Origin: Candidatus Bathyarchaeota archaeon
Lineage (GTDB): Archaea; Thermoproteota; Bathyarchaeia; TCS64
DNA length: 32,000 nt
Assembly: GCA_037439685.1 (NCBI GenBank)
Contig: JBBIVO010000002.1
Coordinates: 8,918 to 40,917, forward strand
Reading direction: 5' to 3'
Shown here: positions 17,301-25,365 of the stretch, in pieces
Layout: each line of letters starts with the position of its first letter
Position numbering within the stretch: position 1 is the stretch's first letter
The notes under the pieces: model-generated
Told to the model about the DNA's origin: nothing
The model's input: the letters and a program-made list of their open reading frames with translations, nothing else
Database searches by the model: none
Made by a program: the position numbers and the translations under genes

Positions 17301-17641
17301 CCCTCCCCGGATACTCCGTCGTGGAGGAGGAGGGGCTCCTCGTTGGGGTAAAGGTGGAGCTGAGCAGGGAGCTGGAGCATGAAGGGCTGGCCAGGGACAT
17401 CGTGAGGAGGATACAGGCCTTGAGGAAGGAGGCGAACTTCAACATCGATGACCAGATAGAGGTATATTATACCGGAGACCCGGAGGTGGAGGAGGCCTTC
17501 GAGGTCGAAGGGGATTACATCGCCCAAGAGACCCTCTCCATCGCCCTTATCAGGGGACAGCCAAGGGAAGGGTGCTATGACAAGGAGTTCGAGATAGACG
17601 GATCGAAGATGAGAATAGGCATCAAAAGGATAATTCGTTAA
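14306..17641 (+). CDS. ileS: Isoleucyl-tRNA synthetase (type-2-like) with divergent class I signature motifs
   Basis: From TTG 14306, 'MFEVFEGELELPKLELEVLRFW' parallels the Thermus-type IleRS N-terminus as I recall it. Editing-domain 'WTTTPWTLTSNVAVAVHP', Zn motifs 'CPRCGT' and 'CWRCGS', and 'DWMISKKRYWG' are present. GGAGGGG lies 9-15 nt upstream of the TTG. No ATG occurs in the first approximately 58 codons of the track ORF. Confidence 0.8.
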   Translation: MFEVFEGELELPKLELEVLRFWRDIRAFEKRRERNRGGPTWSFIDGPITANNPMGVHHAWGRTYKDLWQRYKAMRGFNQRYQNGFDCQGLWVEVELERELGFNSKRDIEAYGIAEFVKRCKQRVLRYAALQTEQSIRLGMWMEWDDPDELRRLAEALEEPMAETSYLGPRGLFVDAAESLVGRLGSHEMGGSYFTLSDENNYMIWELLKRCHERGWIYRGEDSMHWCPRCGTGLSQHEIVTEGYREVTHKSLYVRFPLKDGEGSLLIWTTTPWTLTSNVAVAVHPVLTYVKVRHGGEILYLSKGALGKALAHGGFEVLEELRGADMEGWRYHGPYDELETPRRMGAPEAHRVILWEDVSEAEGTGMVHIAPGAGKEDLELGRRYGLPAIAPLDEAGVFLEGYGFLTGTHVYSSAEAISRDLREKGLLYREEPYTHRYPVCWRCGSELVFRLVEEWFISMGERLGKPLEELTEEEKERNLRYQIMESAMQVRWIPEFGLKRELDWLQNMEDWMISKKRYWGLALPIWACQECGWFDVIGGKEELRMRAVEGWEVFEGRSPHRPYIDAVKIRCERCGAKASRIPDVGNPWLDAGIVAFSTLRYREDRDYWERWFPADFITESFPGQYRNWFYAMLAMSTILERRSPFKVCLGHGLVLAEDGREMHKSWGNAIWFDEAAERMGADVMRWIYCTTRPEGDVLFGYNRAAEVKRGFFMPLINLYNFFAIYARLDGWTPSQSGGDPSTLDRWILSRLNSTVERVTEALENYDAYTATSAIWSFVEVLSRWYVRRSRRRFWKSEADEDKRAGYSTLYTCLKTLTLLMAPITPFIAEAIYQRLVRGAEPEAPESVHLNPWPEADPSLIDEGLISDMEMAMRVCSLGRAARGKSGIKLRQPLQEAVVVVDPSEVEGVRRMADLIRDELNVKGLRISEDREQLMVYRARPIPRILGRRHGSLYPKVSEAIRLLGGEEAKRLAMGEKVEVYVDGDRLEVHPEEVEVTVEPLPGYSVVEEEGLLVGVKVELSRELEHEGLARDIVRRIQALRKEANFNIDDQIEVYYTGDPEVEEAFEVEGDYIAQETLSIALIRGQPREGCYDKEFEIDGSKMRIGIKRIIR

Positions 17642-17882
17642 AAAATTAAAAGGAGAGATTGTAGGCTGCAAATAAACTCTTTAAATTAAAGGATTCTATT
17701 TAATTAATGAAGCGTTAAAAGAGATTTAAATGTATTCATTTAATGTTTTAATTATTTTAACATCAATTAGTGATTTTATAATTGTAAATTTTATTGCTTT
17801 ATATTGAGGATCTCAAACATAGAGCCTTCTGAAAACCCTTTTTAATGCCCTTTCGAGATCTATTTATCATTAGGAATTTTAG

Positions 17883-18054
17883 GCACCGCCCTCTACGGAG
17901 GGTGAGGAGGTCCCGGAGAGGATGGTGGCATCTTTGGAGAGGTGCAGTGAGCTTAGAACCCCTTCTCGGAGGAGGTACGGCGGCATGGGAGGTTTGAACT
18001 CGGTCCAAAGCCCATACCGCCTCGGACTTGCGGGCTTCTGGAGCTTATCGGTGC
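17883..18054 (+). ncRNA. Candidate structured RNA of unproven identity (RNase P RNA-like core is one hypothesis)
   Basis: GC-rich non-coding block between convergent genes. Closing helix GCACCG (17883-88)/CGGTGC (18049-54). Hairpin CCCTC-TACG-GAGGG (17889-17902). Helix GGCGGCATGGG (17979-89)/CCCATACCGCC (18011-21), 10 of 11 bp. Helix GAGAGG (17937-42)/CCTTCT C (17962-67). No plausible ORF on either strand. Confidence 0.25.
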
Positions 18055-18073
18055 TCCCTTTAAGGCTTGAGGC

Positions 18074-19165
18074 TCATTCAACGAGGTTCACCAGCCCGGC
18101 CTCCTCGGCGATACCCCTTGCCTCAGCCATCTCGAGCTGGGTGAGCCTCCTCCTCAGCTCTTTCCTCTCATGGGCCCTGTACTCAGGTCGGTATTGGAAC
18201 ATCAGGTTAACCCTGGTTGTGGGGCCTAGGCTCTTCGAGATCCAGTTCAGGATGGGCCTTGTGCAGCACCCATTATGGCCTGGGAGGACCAGAACCCGTA
18301 TGATGAGCTCCCCATGCCTCTTGGCTGTGAGGTGGTTTCGGGTGGCCGCCTCCCAGTATCCAGGCGCATCGGAGATGGCCTCCGCGCAGGCATCGTTCCC
18401 GTACTTGAAGTCTAGCAGGTATACGTCTATAAGGCCTGAGAGGAGGCTCGCCGTCTCCTCGCTGTAGTAGCTGTTGCTATTCCAAACGGTGGCTATGTTC
18501 CCCTTTATCTCCTTCAGGGTTCTCAGCCAGAGCCAGGTGTTGGGTGTGGGCTCCCCCCCAACCATGTTGAGGTTTCTGCATCCCTGCCTCCTCAAGCCCT
18601 CCACAGCCCTCGCCATCTTCACCGGGTCGTAGGGCTCTCCCCCCTCAGCCCATTGGCTTATCTCCCAGTTCTGGCAGTGGAGGCATCTGATGGTGCACCC
18701 GCAGGTGAAGACGGTTCCAGATGGTACAAGCTCAGGCTCCTCCCCCATGTGGGGGAAGCATGTTGAGAGCCTGAACTCAGCGCCGCATCTGCAGTATCCT
18801 CTGGCCCCCATGAGGCGGTTGACGCCGCACCTCCTGACGCAGAAGTGGCATCTCTCCATGATCCTCCTGGCGATCTCTATCTTGAGGTCCAGGAATGAGG
18901 GGGCGCCATCCAGGCCCTCGATGGCCTCTCCATCATCCACCCTCCTCTCGATGTTAAGTTGCTCCTGCAACCCCCTCTCATGCGCCTTCCAGAGCTCCTC
19001 GGTTGAGGCCTCTGGGTCGAACTCGACGGGGATGGACCTGGCTATGAGGAACTTGGCCAGCCTCCTACCCTCCACTATCCCCACATACCTCGGCAGGCTC
19101 CCCTTAACCCCCGGCTCCTCTAGGGCGAAGGCGGCGTCTGGTCGGATGAGCCTCCACATCCCCAT
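18074..19165 (-). CDS. Radical SAM enzyme, PflX-like (pyruvate formate-lyase activase-related)
   Basis: 'GCTIRCLHCQNWEISQ' cluster motif preceded by 'CHFCVRRCGVNR...GYCRCG'. The track start (19390) overlaps the divergent amrS-like gene by 150 nt, so Met at 19165 ('MGMWRLIRPD..') is the chosen start. Confidence 0.7.
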   Translation of the reverse strand: MGMWRLIRPDAAFALEEPGVKGSLPRYVGIVEGRRLAKFLIARSIPVEFDPEASTEELWKAHERGLQEQLNIERRVDDGEAIEGLDGAPSFLDLKIEIARRIMERCHFCVRRCGVNRLMGARGYCRCGAEFRLSTCFPHMGEEPELVPSGTVFTCGCTIRCLHCQNWEISQWAEGGEPYDPVKMARAVEGLRRQGCRNLNMVGGEPTPNTWLWLRTLKEIKGNIATVWNSNSYYSEETASLLSGLIDVYLLDFKYGNDACAEAISDAPGYWEAATRNHLTAKRHGELIIRVLVLPGHNGCCTRPILNWISKSLGPTTRVNLMFQYRPEYRAHERKELRRRLTQLEMAEARGIAEEAGLVNLVE

Positions 19166-19238
19166 CAATAGTGGAAATGGTGAAATAGAAGCTTTACTTA
19201 GAGACGGTTTATAGGTCTGCTCCTCCCACTTTAGAGGG
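19166..19238. promoter_or_regulatory. Divergent promoter region between two radical-SAM genes
   Basis: 73-nt AT-richer spacer. 'TTTATA' at 19208-19213 lies 26-31 nt upstream of ATG 19239, consistent with a leaderless or short-leader archaeal transcript. Confidence 0.3.
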
Positions 19239-20294
19239 ATGGGCGGAAGATCGGAGAGGGAGTCGAGGTATTCGAAGCCTTTAGCGAACGGCGTTGTCCG
19301 ATGTATCATATGCCCGAGGATGTGCGTCATAAAGCCTGGAGGGAGGGGCTTCTGCAACACCAAGGAGAATCGGGAAGGCCGCCTCATCACCCTGACCTAC
19401 GGCCTCCTATCCGCCATCGCCGTGGACCCCATCGAGAAGAAGCCCCTAGCCCACTTCTACCCCGGCAGCCTCGCCTACTCCATCAGCAGCGTTGGATGCA
19501 GCTTCACATGTGGATGGTGCCAGAACTGGCACATCTCACAGGCGAGGCCTGGGGAGGTTCCCATGAGGTACCTCCCTCCGGAGGATGTGGTCAGGGAGGC
19601 GAAGGGGCAGGAGTGCACCAGCATAGCCTACACCTATAATGAGCCCCTGATAAACCTGGACTACGTTGAGGATGTGGCGAGGCTAGCCAGGAGGGAGGGG
19701 GTGAAGAACGTCCTCGTCACCAACGGATACGTCTCAGAGGAGGCCCTAGAAAGGGTTGTGGACGTGATAGACGCCGCAAACGTCGACTGGAAGTCCTTCA
19801 GCGAGCCGTTCTACAGGAAGTACTGCAGCGCCGATCTGAAGAGCGTGCTGGACGCGACGGTGAAGATGAAGAGGAGGGGCGTCCACGTTGAGGTCACATT
19901 TCTGATAATCCCCGAGCTTCACGACTGGAGATATGAGGCTAGGGAGATGGCCAGGTACCTCGTCGACAACCTGGGCCCTGAGACACCCCTCCACCTCAGC
20001 AGGTTCTTCCCCCACTACAGGTTCAGCCACCTCCCACCCACCCCTGTTGAGCACCTCATCAAGGCCCGTGAGATAGCCCTCAATGAGGGGGTGAGATACG
20101 TATATGTCGGCAACGTCCCATACATGGAGTATGAGAACACCTACTGCCCAAGCTGTGGAAGGGCCGTCATAGAGCGGGAGGGCTACGAGGTCATCGGCTG
20201 GAATCTGACCGAGGAGAAGAGGTGTAAGTACTGCGGAGGGGCTATCCCAATCGTAGGGAGGCGGGAGATCCACAGGCGTCCATTCCTCTTCTAA
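19239..20294 (+). CDS. amrS: AmmeMemoRadiSam-system radical SAM enzyme (AmrS-type)
   Basis: 'VRCIICPRMCVIKPGGRGFC', 'VDPIEKKPLAHFYPGS' and 'GCSFTCGWCQNWHISQ' are the family-defining N-terminal layout. C-terminal 'CPSCG...CKYCG' Zn ribbon. Confidence 0.8.
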   Translation: MGGRSERESRYSKPLANGVVRCIICPRMCVIKPGGRGFCNTKENREGRLITLTYGLLSAIAVDPIEKKPLAHFYPGSLAYSISSVGCSFTCGWCQNWHISQARPGEVPMRYLPPEDVVREAKGQECTSIAYTYNEPLINLDYVEDVARLARREGVKNVLVTNGYVSEEALERVVDVIDAANVDWKSFSEPFYRKYCSADLKSVLDATVKMKRRGVHVEVTFLIIPELHDWRYEAREMARYLVDNLGPETPLHLSRFFPHYRFSHLPPTPVEHLIKAREIALNEGVRYVYVGNVPYMEYENTYCPSCGRAVIEREGYEVIGWNLTEEKRCKYCGGAIPIVGRREIHRRPFLF

Positions 20295-20393
20295 ACTGTT
20301 GAGGCCTCTCGGGCTGGAGGTCTTTAGGAGAGGAGTGGGTAAAGGCTCATATATGGGTCTTTTATCATGGGCCGTGGACAGGATGGGTGGCTT

Positions 20394-21173
20394 ATGGTTC
20401 GATGTGAAAGGTGCGGGAAGGATTCATACCTGCCCTTCAGGTGCAGCTATTGTGGTGGATACTTCTGCGATGAGCATAGGCTGCCGGAGGCCCACGAATG
20501 TACGGGTATCATCTCCAAGAGGACGGGGGATAATAGAAGCTGGAAGGGTCTCATCCCCCCCGACGCCCCGTATCCGTTCAAGTATGCCCTCCCCCGAAGG
20601 AGGTTGGCCTTCACCCATAGGGAGCTGAGAGACCTCGCCGTCAGCGTCATCATAGTATCTGCCATCCCCCTAACCTGGCTTGGAGGCCTCGGCTTGAGGA
20701 TGCCCCTACTGGCCGCAGCGGCCGTGGGCATCTTCACCTCGGCCTTCCTCCTCCATGAGCTCGCCCATAAGCTCTCAGCCCAGAGTCTGGGATACTGGGC
20801 GGAGTTCAGGATAAACATTATGGGGCTGCTTTTAACCCTCCTCTCCTTCCTCTCCCCCCTTAAGGTCGTCGCTCCCGGAGCCGTCGTGGTGGCTGTTCCA
20901 CCCCATAGCGGCAACCTAGGGTGGATAGCCCTAGCAGGCCCCTTGACGAACATAGTCCAAGGCTTAACCTTCCTCATCTTGAGGGCAGTGTCGACCCACC
21001 AACTGGTCAGGCTGCTTGCTGAGGCAGGCGTCTCGATAAACGCGGTGCTTGCCCTCTTCAACCTGATCCCCGCAGGATCCCTAGATGGGAAGAAGATCCT
21101 GATATGGAGCCCGAAGGCCTGGATAGTCTCCGCCTCGGCGGCTGGGCTTCTCCTAGCATCCACCCTCATCTAG
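20394..21173 (+). CDS. AN1-type zinc finger fused to a site-2 protease (peptidase M50) family membrane metalloprotease
   Basis: 'CERCGK....FRCSYCGGYFCDEHRLPEAHEC' is an AN1 finger. 'HELAHKL' (HExxH) and 'NLIPAGSLDGKKI' (NxxPxxxLDG) sit in hydrophobic segments. Start chosen at the Met before the finger. Confidence 0.7.
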   Translation: MVRCERCGKDSYLPFRCSYCGGYFCDEHRLPEAHECTGIISKRTGDNRSWKGLIPPDAPYPFKYALPRRRLAFTHRELRDLAVSVIIVSAIPLTWLGGLGLRMPLLAAAAVGIFTSAFLLHELAHKLSAQSLGYWAEFRINIMGLLLTLLSFLSPLKVVAPGAVVVAVPPHSGNLGWIALAGPLTNIVQGLTFLILRAVSTHQLVRLLAEAGVSINAVLALFNLIPAGSLDGKKILIWSPKAWIVSASAAGLLLASTLI

Positions 21174-21821
21174 GCTCCCATAGGGGCTGCAGAAGGCCTT
21201 TCTCCCTTCCATGCTGGAACTGCAACGGCTCAACGAACCCCAATGAAAGCGAGCGCCTCTCCTCTCAACACCGTTGGGGATCCGGCTCTCGCCCTCTCCT
21301 TGATCGGGATCCCTGATGGTCTCATGAGCTCGCCGGGATCTTAGCCCCTGCTCGGAGCTCTGAGCCAAATCCGGGTTGAGCGCCTTCAAGGGAGCTGGAA
21401 GATTTTACATCAATAGTAGAAGGGCCTGGGTTGATGAAGGTGATAGGAGGCCTTTCATCCAGCACCTTGGTGAAGGTAGCTCTCGAGGCCTCCATTTAAC
21501 ATGGCTTTTGGTTATCCTAATGGTCCATGGAGATGTGAAAGGAGTATATTCTATCGAAATTTTTAATATTTTTATATCTCATCAAAGCATCTACCACTCA
21601 CCGACACGCATATATAACACTTCTCTTTATGGCATTTTTCTATAAAGTAAAAACCTTAAAAGATCTTGAGGTTTTATGCCTATGATCCACCTTCATCAAC
21701 TCTAGAGACCTTTTTAATAGACTCTTCCTATCAGGGATAAGTATGTATAGAGATTGCAGCGTGAGGGCATTAAACATCGCCATGTATGTGCAGTGGTTGG
21801 CTGGGTGATAATGCCTTTATT

Positions 21822-22295
21822 TTAGGGTATCTCTTCGGGTCTCAATGTCCACAGCAGGCTCCATTTACCCCTCTCATCCCTCTCAAGGCATACTATCCCG
21901 GAGGTTCTGAACTTCACAGGCTCTATCTCCTCATCACCCGTGAGCAGAAGGCTTGCCAATCTGCTTAGGTGGGGTAGATGCCCCACCAGCATCAGATCTT
22001 CAGCGTTGGTTCTCACCCTTTCAGACCATGCCTTAGGGTCTGCGGGTGGATCGAGGCCCTCGGCTTGCTCGATCCCCCAAGCTGGCTTTAAGTGCTCAGC
22101 CATGATCTGGACCGTTTGCAGCGCTCTAAGCCTTCCACTGTGAAATATCCTCTTGATTTGGACACCTATCTTAGCGGCATGGCGAGCCACCTTAACGGCC
22201 TCCTCGCAGCCCCTCTCGGTCAGTGGCCTCGCCAGGTCCTCCTCTTCCCTCTTGGCCTCGCCATGCTGAACCAGATAAAGCCTCAACTTCTTCAC
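21822..22295 (-). CDS. sixA: Phosphohistidine phosphatase SixA-like (histidine phosphatase superfamily)
   Basis: With GTG 22295 the product starts 'MKKLRLYLVQHGEA' (RHG-type motif with Q for R), then '...LTERG...' and 'LMLVGHLPHLS'. The 43 upstream codons of the track ORF have no family counterpart. Confidence 0.65.
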   Translation of the reverse strand: MKKLRLYLVQHGEAKREEEDLARPLTERGCEEAVKVARHAAKIGVQIKRIFHSGRLRALQTVQIMAEHLKPAWGIEQAEGLDPPADPKAWSERVRTNAEDLMLVGHLPHLSRLASLLLTGDEEIEPVKFRTSGIVCLERDERGKWSLLWTLRPEEIP

Positions 22296-22468
22296 CCCCA
22301 CACCAGCTAAAAGGTAAGGGGGGCACTCCAAAGTATAAAATCTCCCCAGCAGATCCTCGGCTGGGGCGCCTCTTCGAGGCCAGCATTCTTCAGCCGTATA
22401 TAGCTCGCAATCCTTAATGCTCAAACAATATAATATCTATGACCCGCTTTTGATAGGGGTGGTGCTGT

Positions 22469-23356
22469 ATGATCCTCTTATCTGGGCCTGCATCGGTTGA
22501 GCTCGGGCGAAGGATGGGGCTTGAGCTCGGAATCCCAGATGAACCCGTGGAGCATAGGCTCTTCCCGGACGGTGAGAGCTATATAAGGTTGGCCGTCGAT
22601 GTCGGAGGGGAGACCGTTATCATCGTCCAATCGACTCCGCCTCCCCAGGATAGGCACCTGATCCAGCTCTTCCTGATGGCTAGGACCGCGAGGGATCTTG
22701 GAGCCGAGAGGGTTATATGCGTCATACCGTACCTAGCCTACGCCCGCCAGGATAGACGCTTCATGGGTGGGGAGGCCCTCAGCCTCGAGGTCATCCTGCG
22801 CCTTTTACGGGATTCGGGCGTCGACGGGCTCATAGTGGTGGATGTCCACAATGAGGCCTCCCTTAAGAGGCTCGGCGGGGGCATCGAGGTCTGGAACCTA
22901 TCCGCGATGCCTCTCCTCGCAAGGTATCTTAGGGGGCTGGGCTATGAGGGGGCTGTAAGCCTGGCCCCAGACGCTGGAGCCCTGAAGCTGGCCGTGATGG
23001 CCGACGGGGAGCTCGGGGGAGGCTTCGGGGCCTTCGAGAAGAGGAGGGATAGGAGGACAGGGGATATAGAGATGTGGTTCGGAGGCTTGGAGGTCTCGGG
23101 AAGGGATGCAGCCGTATTCGACGATATGGTGAGCACAGGGGGGACCATGGCCAGGGCTGTATCCATCCTGAAGGGGCTTGGGGCTGAGAGGGTGGCGGCG
23201 GCCTGTACCCACGCCCTATTCATCGGGGAGGCTGAGAGGCGGATAAGAGAAGCAGGGGCCGACCACATCCTAGCAACGGACACGGTTCCCACCCATCTGA
23301 GCACGGTCTCGGTGGCGAAGCTGGTAGCAGACCACATAAAGGCCCTAAACCTGTAG
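22469..23356 (+). CDS. prs: Ribose-phosphate pyrophosphokinase (PRPP synthetase)
   Basis: 'FPDGESYIRL', 'PYLAYARQDRR' and the PRPP-binding loop 'AVFDDMVSTGGTM'. Confidence 0.85.
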   Translation: MILLSGPASVELGRRMGLELGIPDEPVEHRLFPDGESYIRLAVDVGGETVIIVQSTPPPQDRHLIQLFLMARTARDLGAERVICVIPYLAYARQDRRFMGGEALSLEVILRLLRDSGVDGLIVVDVHNEASLKRLGGGIEVWNLSAMPLLARYLRGLGYEGAVSLAPDAGALKLAVMADGELGGGFGAFEKRRDRRTGDIEMWFGGLEVSGRDAAVFDDMVSTGGTMARAVSILKGLGAERVAAACTHALFIGEAERRIREAGADHILATDTVPTHLSTVSVAKLVADHIKALNL

Positions 23357-23467
23357 AACAAGGAGATCGAATGCCCCAACGGATTCTGGTTCATGAACCA
23401 TAAGCGGCCCTTCCTAAAGAGGAGCCTTTAGGCCTTAACTATGGGCGGGGAATAGCTAGAAAGGTGG

Positions 23468-23863
23468 GTGCCTAAGGGTAACATATTTCAAGATGCGCCT
23501 CTGATCAATGTTCACATGATCTGCTCGAGGATAAGGTTGAAGGTCCACTCAATAACAGCCGTCAGGGATCTGGAGAACAGGGAGGGGTATCAGATAGAGT
23601 TTGTTGAGGTCAGGCCTCGCCCGCCCATGGTGATGGTGGCTCCTCCCGAGCTTCCCGACGATATTGGTAAGATGGTCATCCAGATAAGCAAGACGGTTCA
23701 GCAGGCCCTCCCCGGAGGGGAGGTGAGGGAGATCGAGATGAGGAAGATGACCCTAATCCTCACGGCGGAGGAGATGGAGGCCTTCAAGCTGAGGCCCTAT
23801 CCAAACCAACTGTACGAGCTGACCATAACGGATGGCGCCCTGATCTTCAAGGAGATAGGATGA
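23468..23863 (+). CDS. Hypothetical protein
   Basis: 131-aa ORF (GTG start; alternative ATG at 23516) with coding-like composition. Its stop overlaps the track start of the thioredoxin ORF. No motif recognised. Confidence 0.4.
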   Translation: MPKGNIFQDAPLINVHMICSRIRLKVHSITAVRDLENREGYQIEFVEVRPRPPMVMVAPPELPDDIGKMVIQISKTVQQALPGGEVREIEMRKMTLILTAEEMEAFKLRPYPNQLYELTITDGALIFKEIG

Positions 23864-23904
23864 GAGCGCAACGATTATTAGCTTCCCATCCCATCATAGC
23901 GAAT

Positions 23905-24285
23905 ATGGGTTCTAAGGTTCTTGAGATCCAAGCTGGTGATTGGGAGAGGGAGGTGCTGAGATCTGAGAGGCCGGTGGTCGTGGACTTCTGGCACCCCATG
24001 TGTGGGTGGTGCCTCAGGCTCAACCCCATCTACGAGCAGCTCCCAGAGAGGTTCGGGGATAGGGTCAAGTTCGTCAAGGTCAACATCCTTCAAAGCCCGG
24101 AGAACCAGAGGCTGGCCCTGAGCCTCGGCATCCTGGGGACTCCAACCCTAAAACTTCTATGTAACGGTAGAGTGGTGGGGGAGATAGTAGGGTACAGACC
24201 ACTGGAGAGGCTCACAGAAGAGGTAGAGAGGCTGTTAGAGGGAAGGGATGAGTGCCTAACCCAGAGCACGCCGCTTAGATTATAG
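23905..24285 (+). CDS. Thioredoxin-fold protein with CGWC active-site motif
   Basis: 'VVVDFWHPMCGWCLRLNPIYEQL' aligns with the Trx 'VDFWA.WCGPC' region. 'GTPTL' provides the cis-Pro loop. Start at ATG 23905. Confidence 0.7.
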   Translation: MGSKVLEIQAGDWEREVLRSERPVVVDFWHPMCGWCLRLNPIYEQLPERFGDRVKFVKVNILQSPENQRLALSLGILGTPTLKLLCNGRVVGEIVGYRPLERLTEEVERLLEGRDECLTQSTPLRL

Positions 24286-24459
24286 AGGGATATTGAGGCG
24301 TTGGAGCCCTCCCCGAATCGGCGCCAGTGACGGCTGGATGTTATGCTCCCCCTCGGAGGCAGGGTCGAGGCGTGAACCCTAAGGCTTATTTTTAAAGAGG
24401 CCCAGAGGGATACGACGAGCTAGGGGGTTCAATGGCAGCCAACCCAGGCCGGAGAGGAG

Positions 24460-25365
24460 ATGAAGATAATATTTCTAGGGACGGGGGGGAGCACGCCCAC
24501 GGGGGAGAGGGGGTCTCCAGCCGTGGCGATATTGAGGAAGAGGGAGGTCCTCCTATTCGACTGCGGGGAGGGGACTCAGCACAGGATGGCTTCGGCTCAC
24601 ATCAGCTTCAACCGCCCCATGAGGGTATTCATCACCCACCTTCACGGAGACCACGTCCTAGGCCTGCCGGGGCTTCTCCAGACCATGAGCCTCCTCGACA
24701 GGGAGATACCCCTCCGGGTGATTGGGCCTAGAGGCCTAGCCTCCTTCATAGAGGCCTTCGCCTCCATCCTTGGGGCTCCAGGCTTCCCTCTCGAGATAGT
24801 CGAGCTGATAGGAGAGGGGACAGCCTACTCGGGATCCGAATATAGGGTTGAGGCGGTGAGGGCAGACCACGATGGCGAGTGCTGGTCCTACGGCCTGATA
24901 GAGAACCCCAGGCCGGGGAGGTTCCACCCAGAGAGGGCTAGGATGCTCGGGATACCTATGGGGCCCCTTTGGAGGAGGCTCCAGTACGGTGAGGAGGTCC
25001 TCCTAGATGATGGTAGGGTCATCAAGCCCGATGAGGTGGTGGATCCGCCGAGGGGTGGAAGGAAGATCGTTTATAGTGGGGATACAAGGCCCTCGAGGGG
25101 CCTCGTGGAGTTGGCGGAGGGGGCGGATATCCTCATCCACGAGGCCACATTCGACGATGAGCTGGCTGAGAGGGCTGACAGGGATGGCCACTCAACGGCT
25201 AGACAGGCTGCCGAGGTGGCCTCATGCGCCGGGGTCAGGTCCCTCTTCCTGGTACATATAAGCTCCCGCTACCCCGATGCCTCTCTGCTGCTCGAGCAGG
25301 CTAGGGCGGTCTTTCCGGGCGCGGCGATAGCCGCGGACATGATGGAGGTCGAGCTGCCACCCTAG
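24460..25365 (+). CDS. rnz: Ribonuclease Z (tRNA 3' endonuclease)
   Basis: 'MKIIFLGTGGSTP', 'LLFDCGEGTQ' and 'ITHLHGDHVLGLPGLL' (HxHxDH), with short-form length (301 aa). GGAGAGGAG lies immediately upstream of the ATG. Confidence 0.85.
   Translation: MKIIFLGTGGSTPTGERGSPAVAILRKREVLLFDCGEGTQHRMASAHISFNRPMRVFITHLHGDHVLGLPGLLQTMSLLDREIPLRVIGPRGLASFIEAFASILGAPGFPLEIVELIGEGTAYSGSEYRVEAVRADHDGECWSYGLIENPRPGRFHPERARMLGIPMGPLWRRLQYGEEVLLDDGRVIKPDEVVDPPRGGRKIVYSGDTRPSRGLVELAEGADILIHEATFDDELAERADRDGHSTARQAAEVASCAGVRSLFLVHISSRYPDASLLLEQARAVFPGAAIAADMMEVELPP

Noticed and set aside
17642-17880. Replication origin (AT-rich unwinding element) downstream of ileS.
   Set aside because: No inverted origin-recognition-box-like repeats flank the AT block, and no orc1/cdc6 gene is nearby.
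17883-18054. SRP (7S) RNA identity for the structured block ('AGGTCCCGGAGAGGA' vaguely resembles helix 8 'AGGCCCGGAAGGGAGCA').
   Set aside because: The conserved AGCA/GNAR helix-8 context is not reproduced, and the element is much shorter than archaeal SRP RNA.
21322-21495. 57-codon minus-strand ORF 'MEASRATFTKVLDERPPITFINPG...' in the long spacer.
   Set aside because: It is below the size threshold, has no recognisable motif and a Ser/Gly-rich tail, and there is no obvious promoter spacing.
25362-25365. Convergent rnz and TIM-barrel genes sharing a CTAG (both stops are TAG on opposite strands).
   Set aside because: This is a real but trivial consequence of the palindromic CTAG. No functional implication can be supported.
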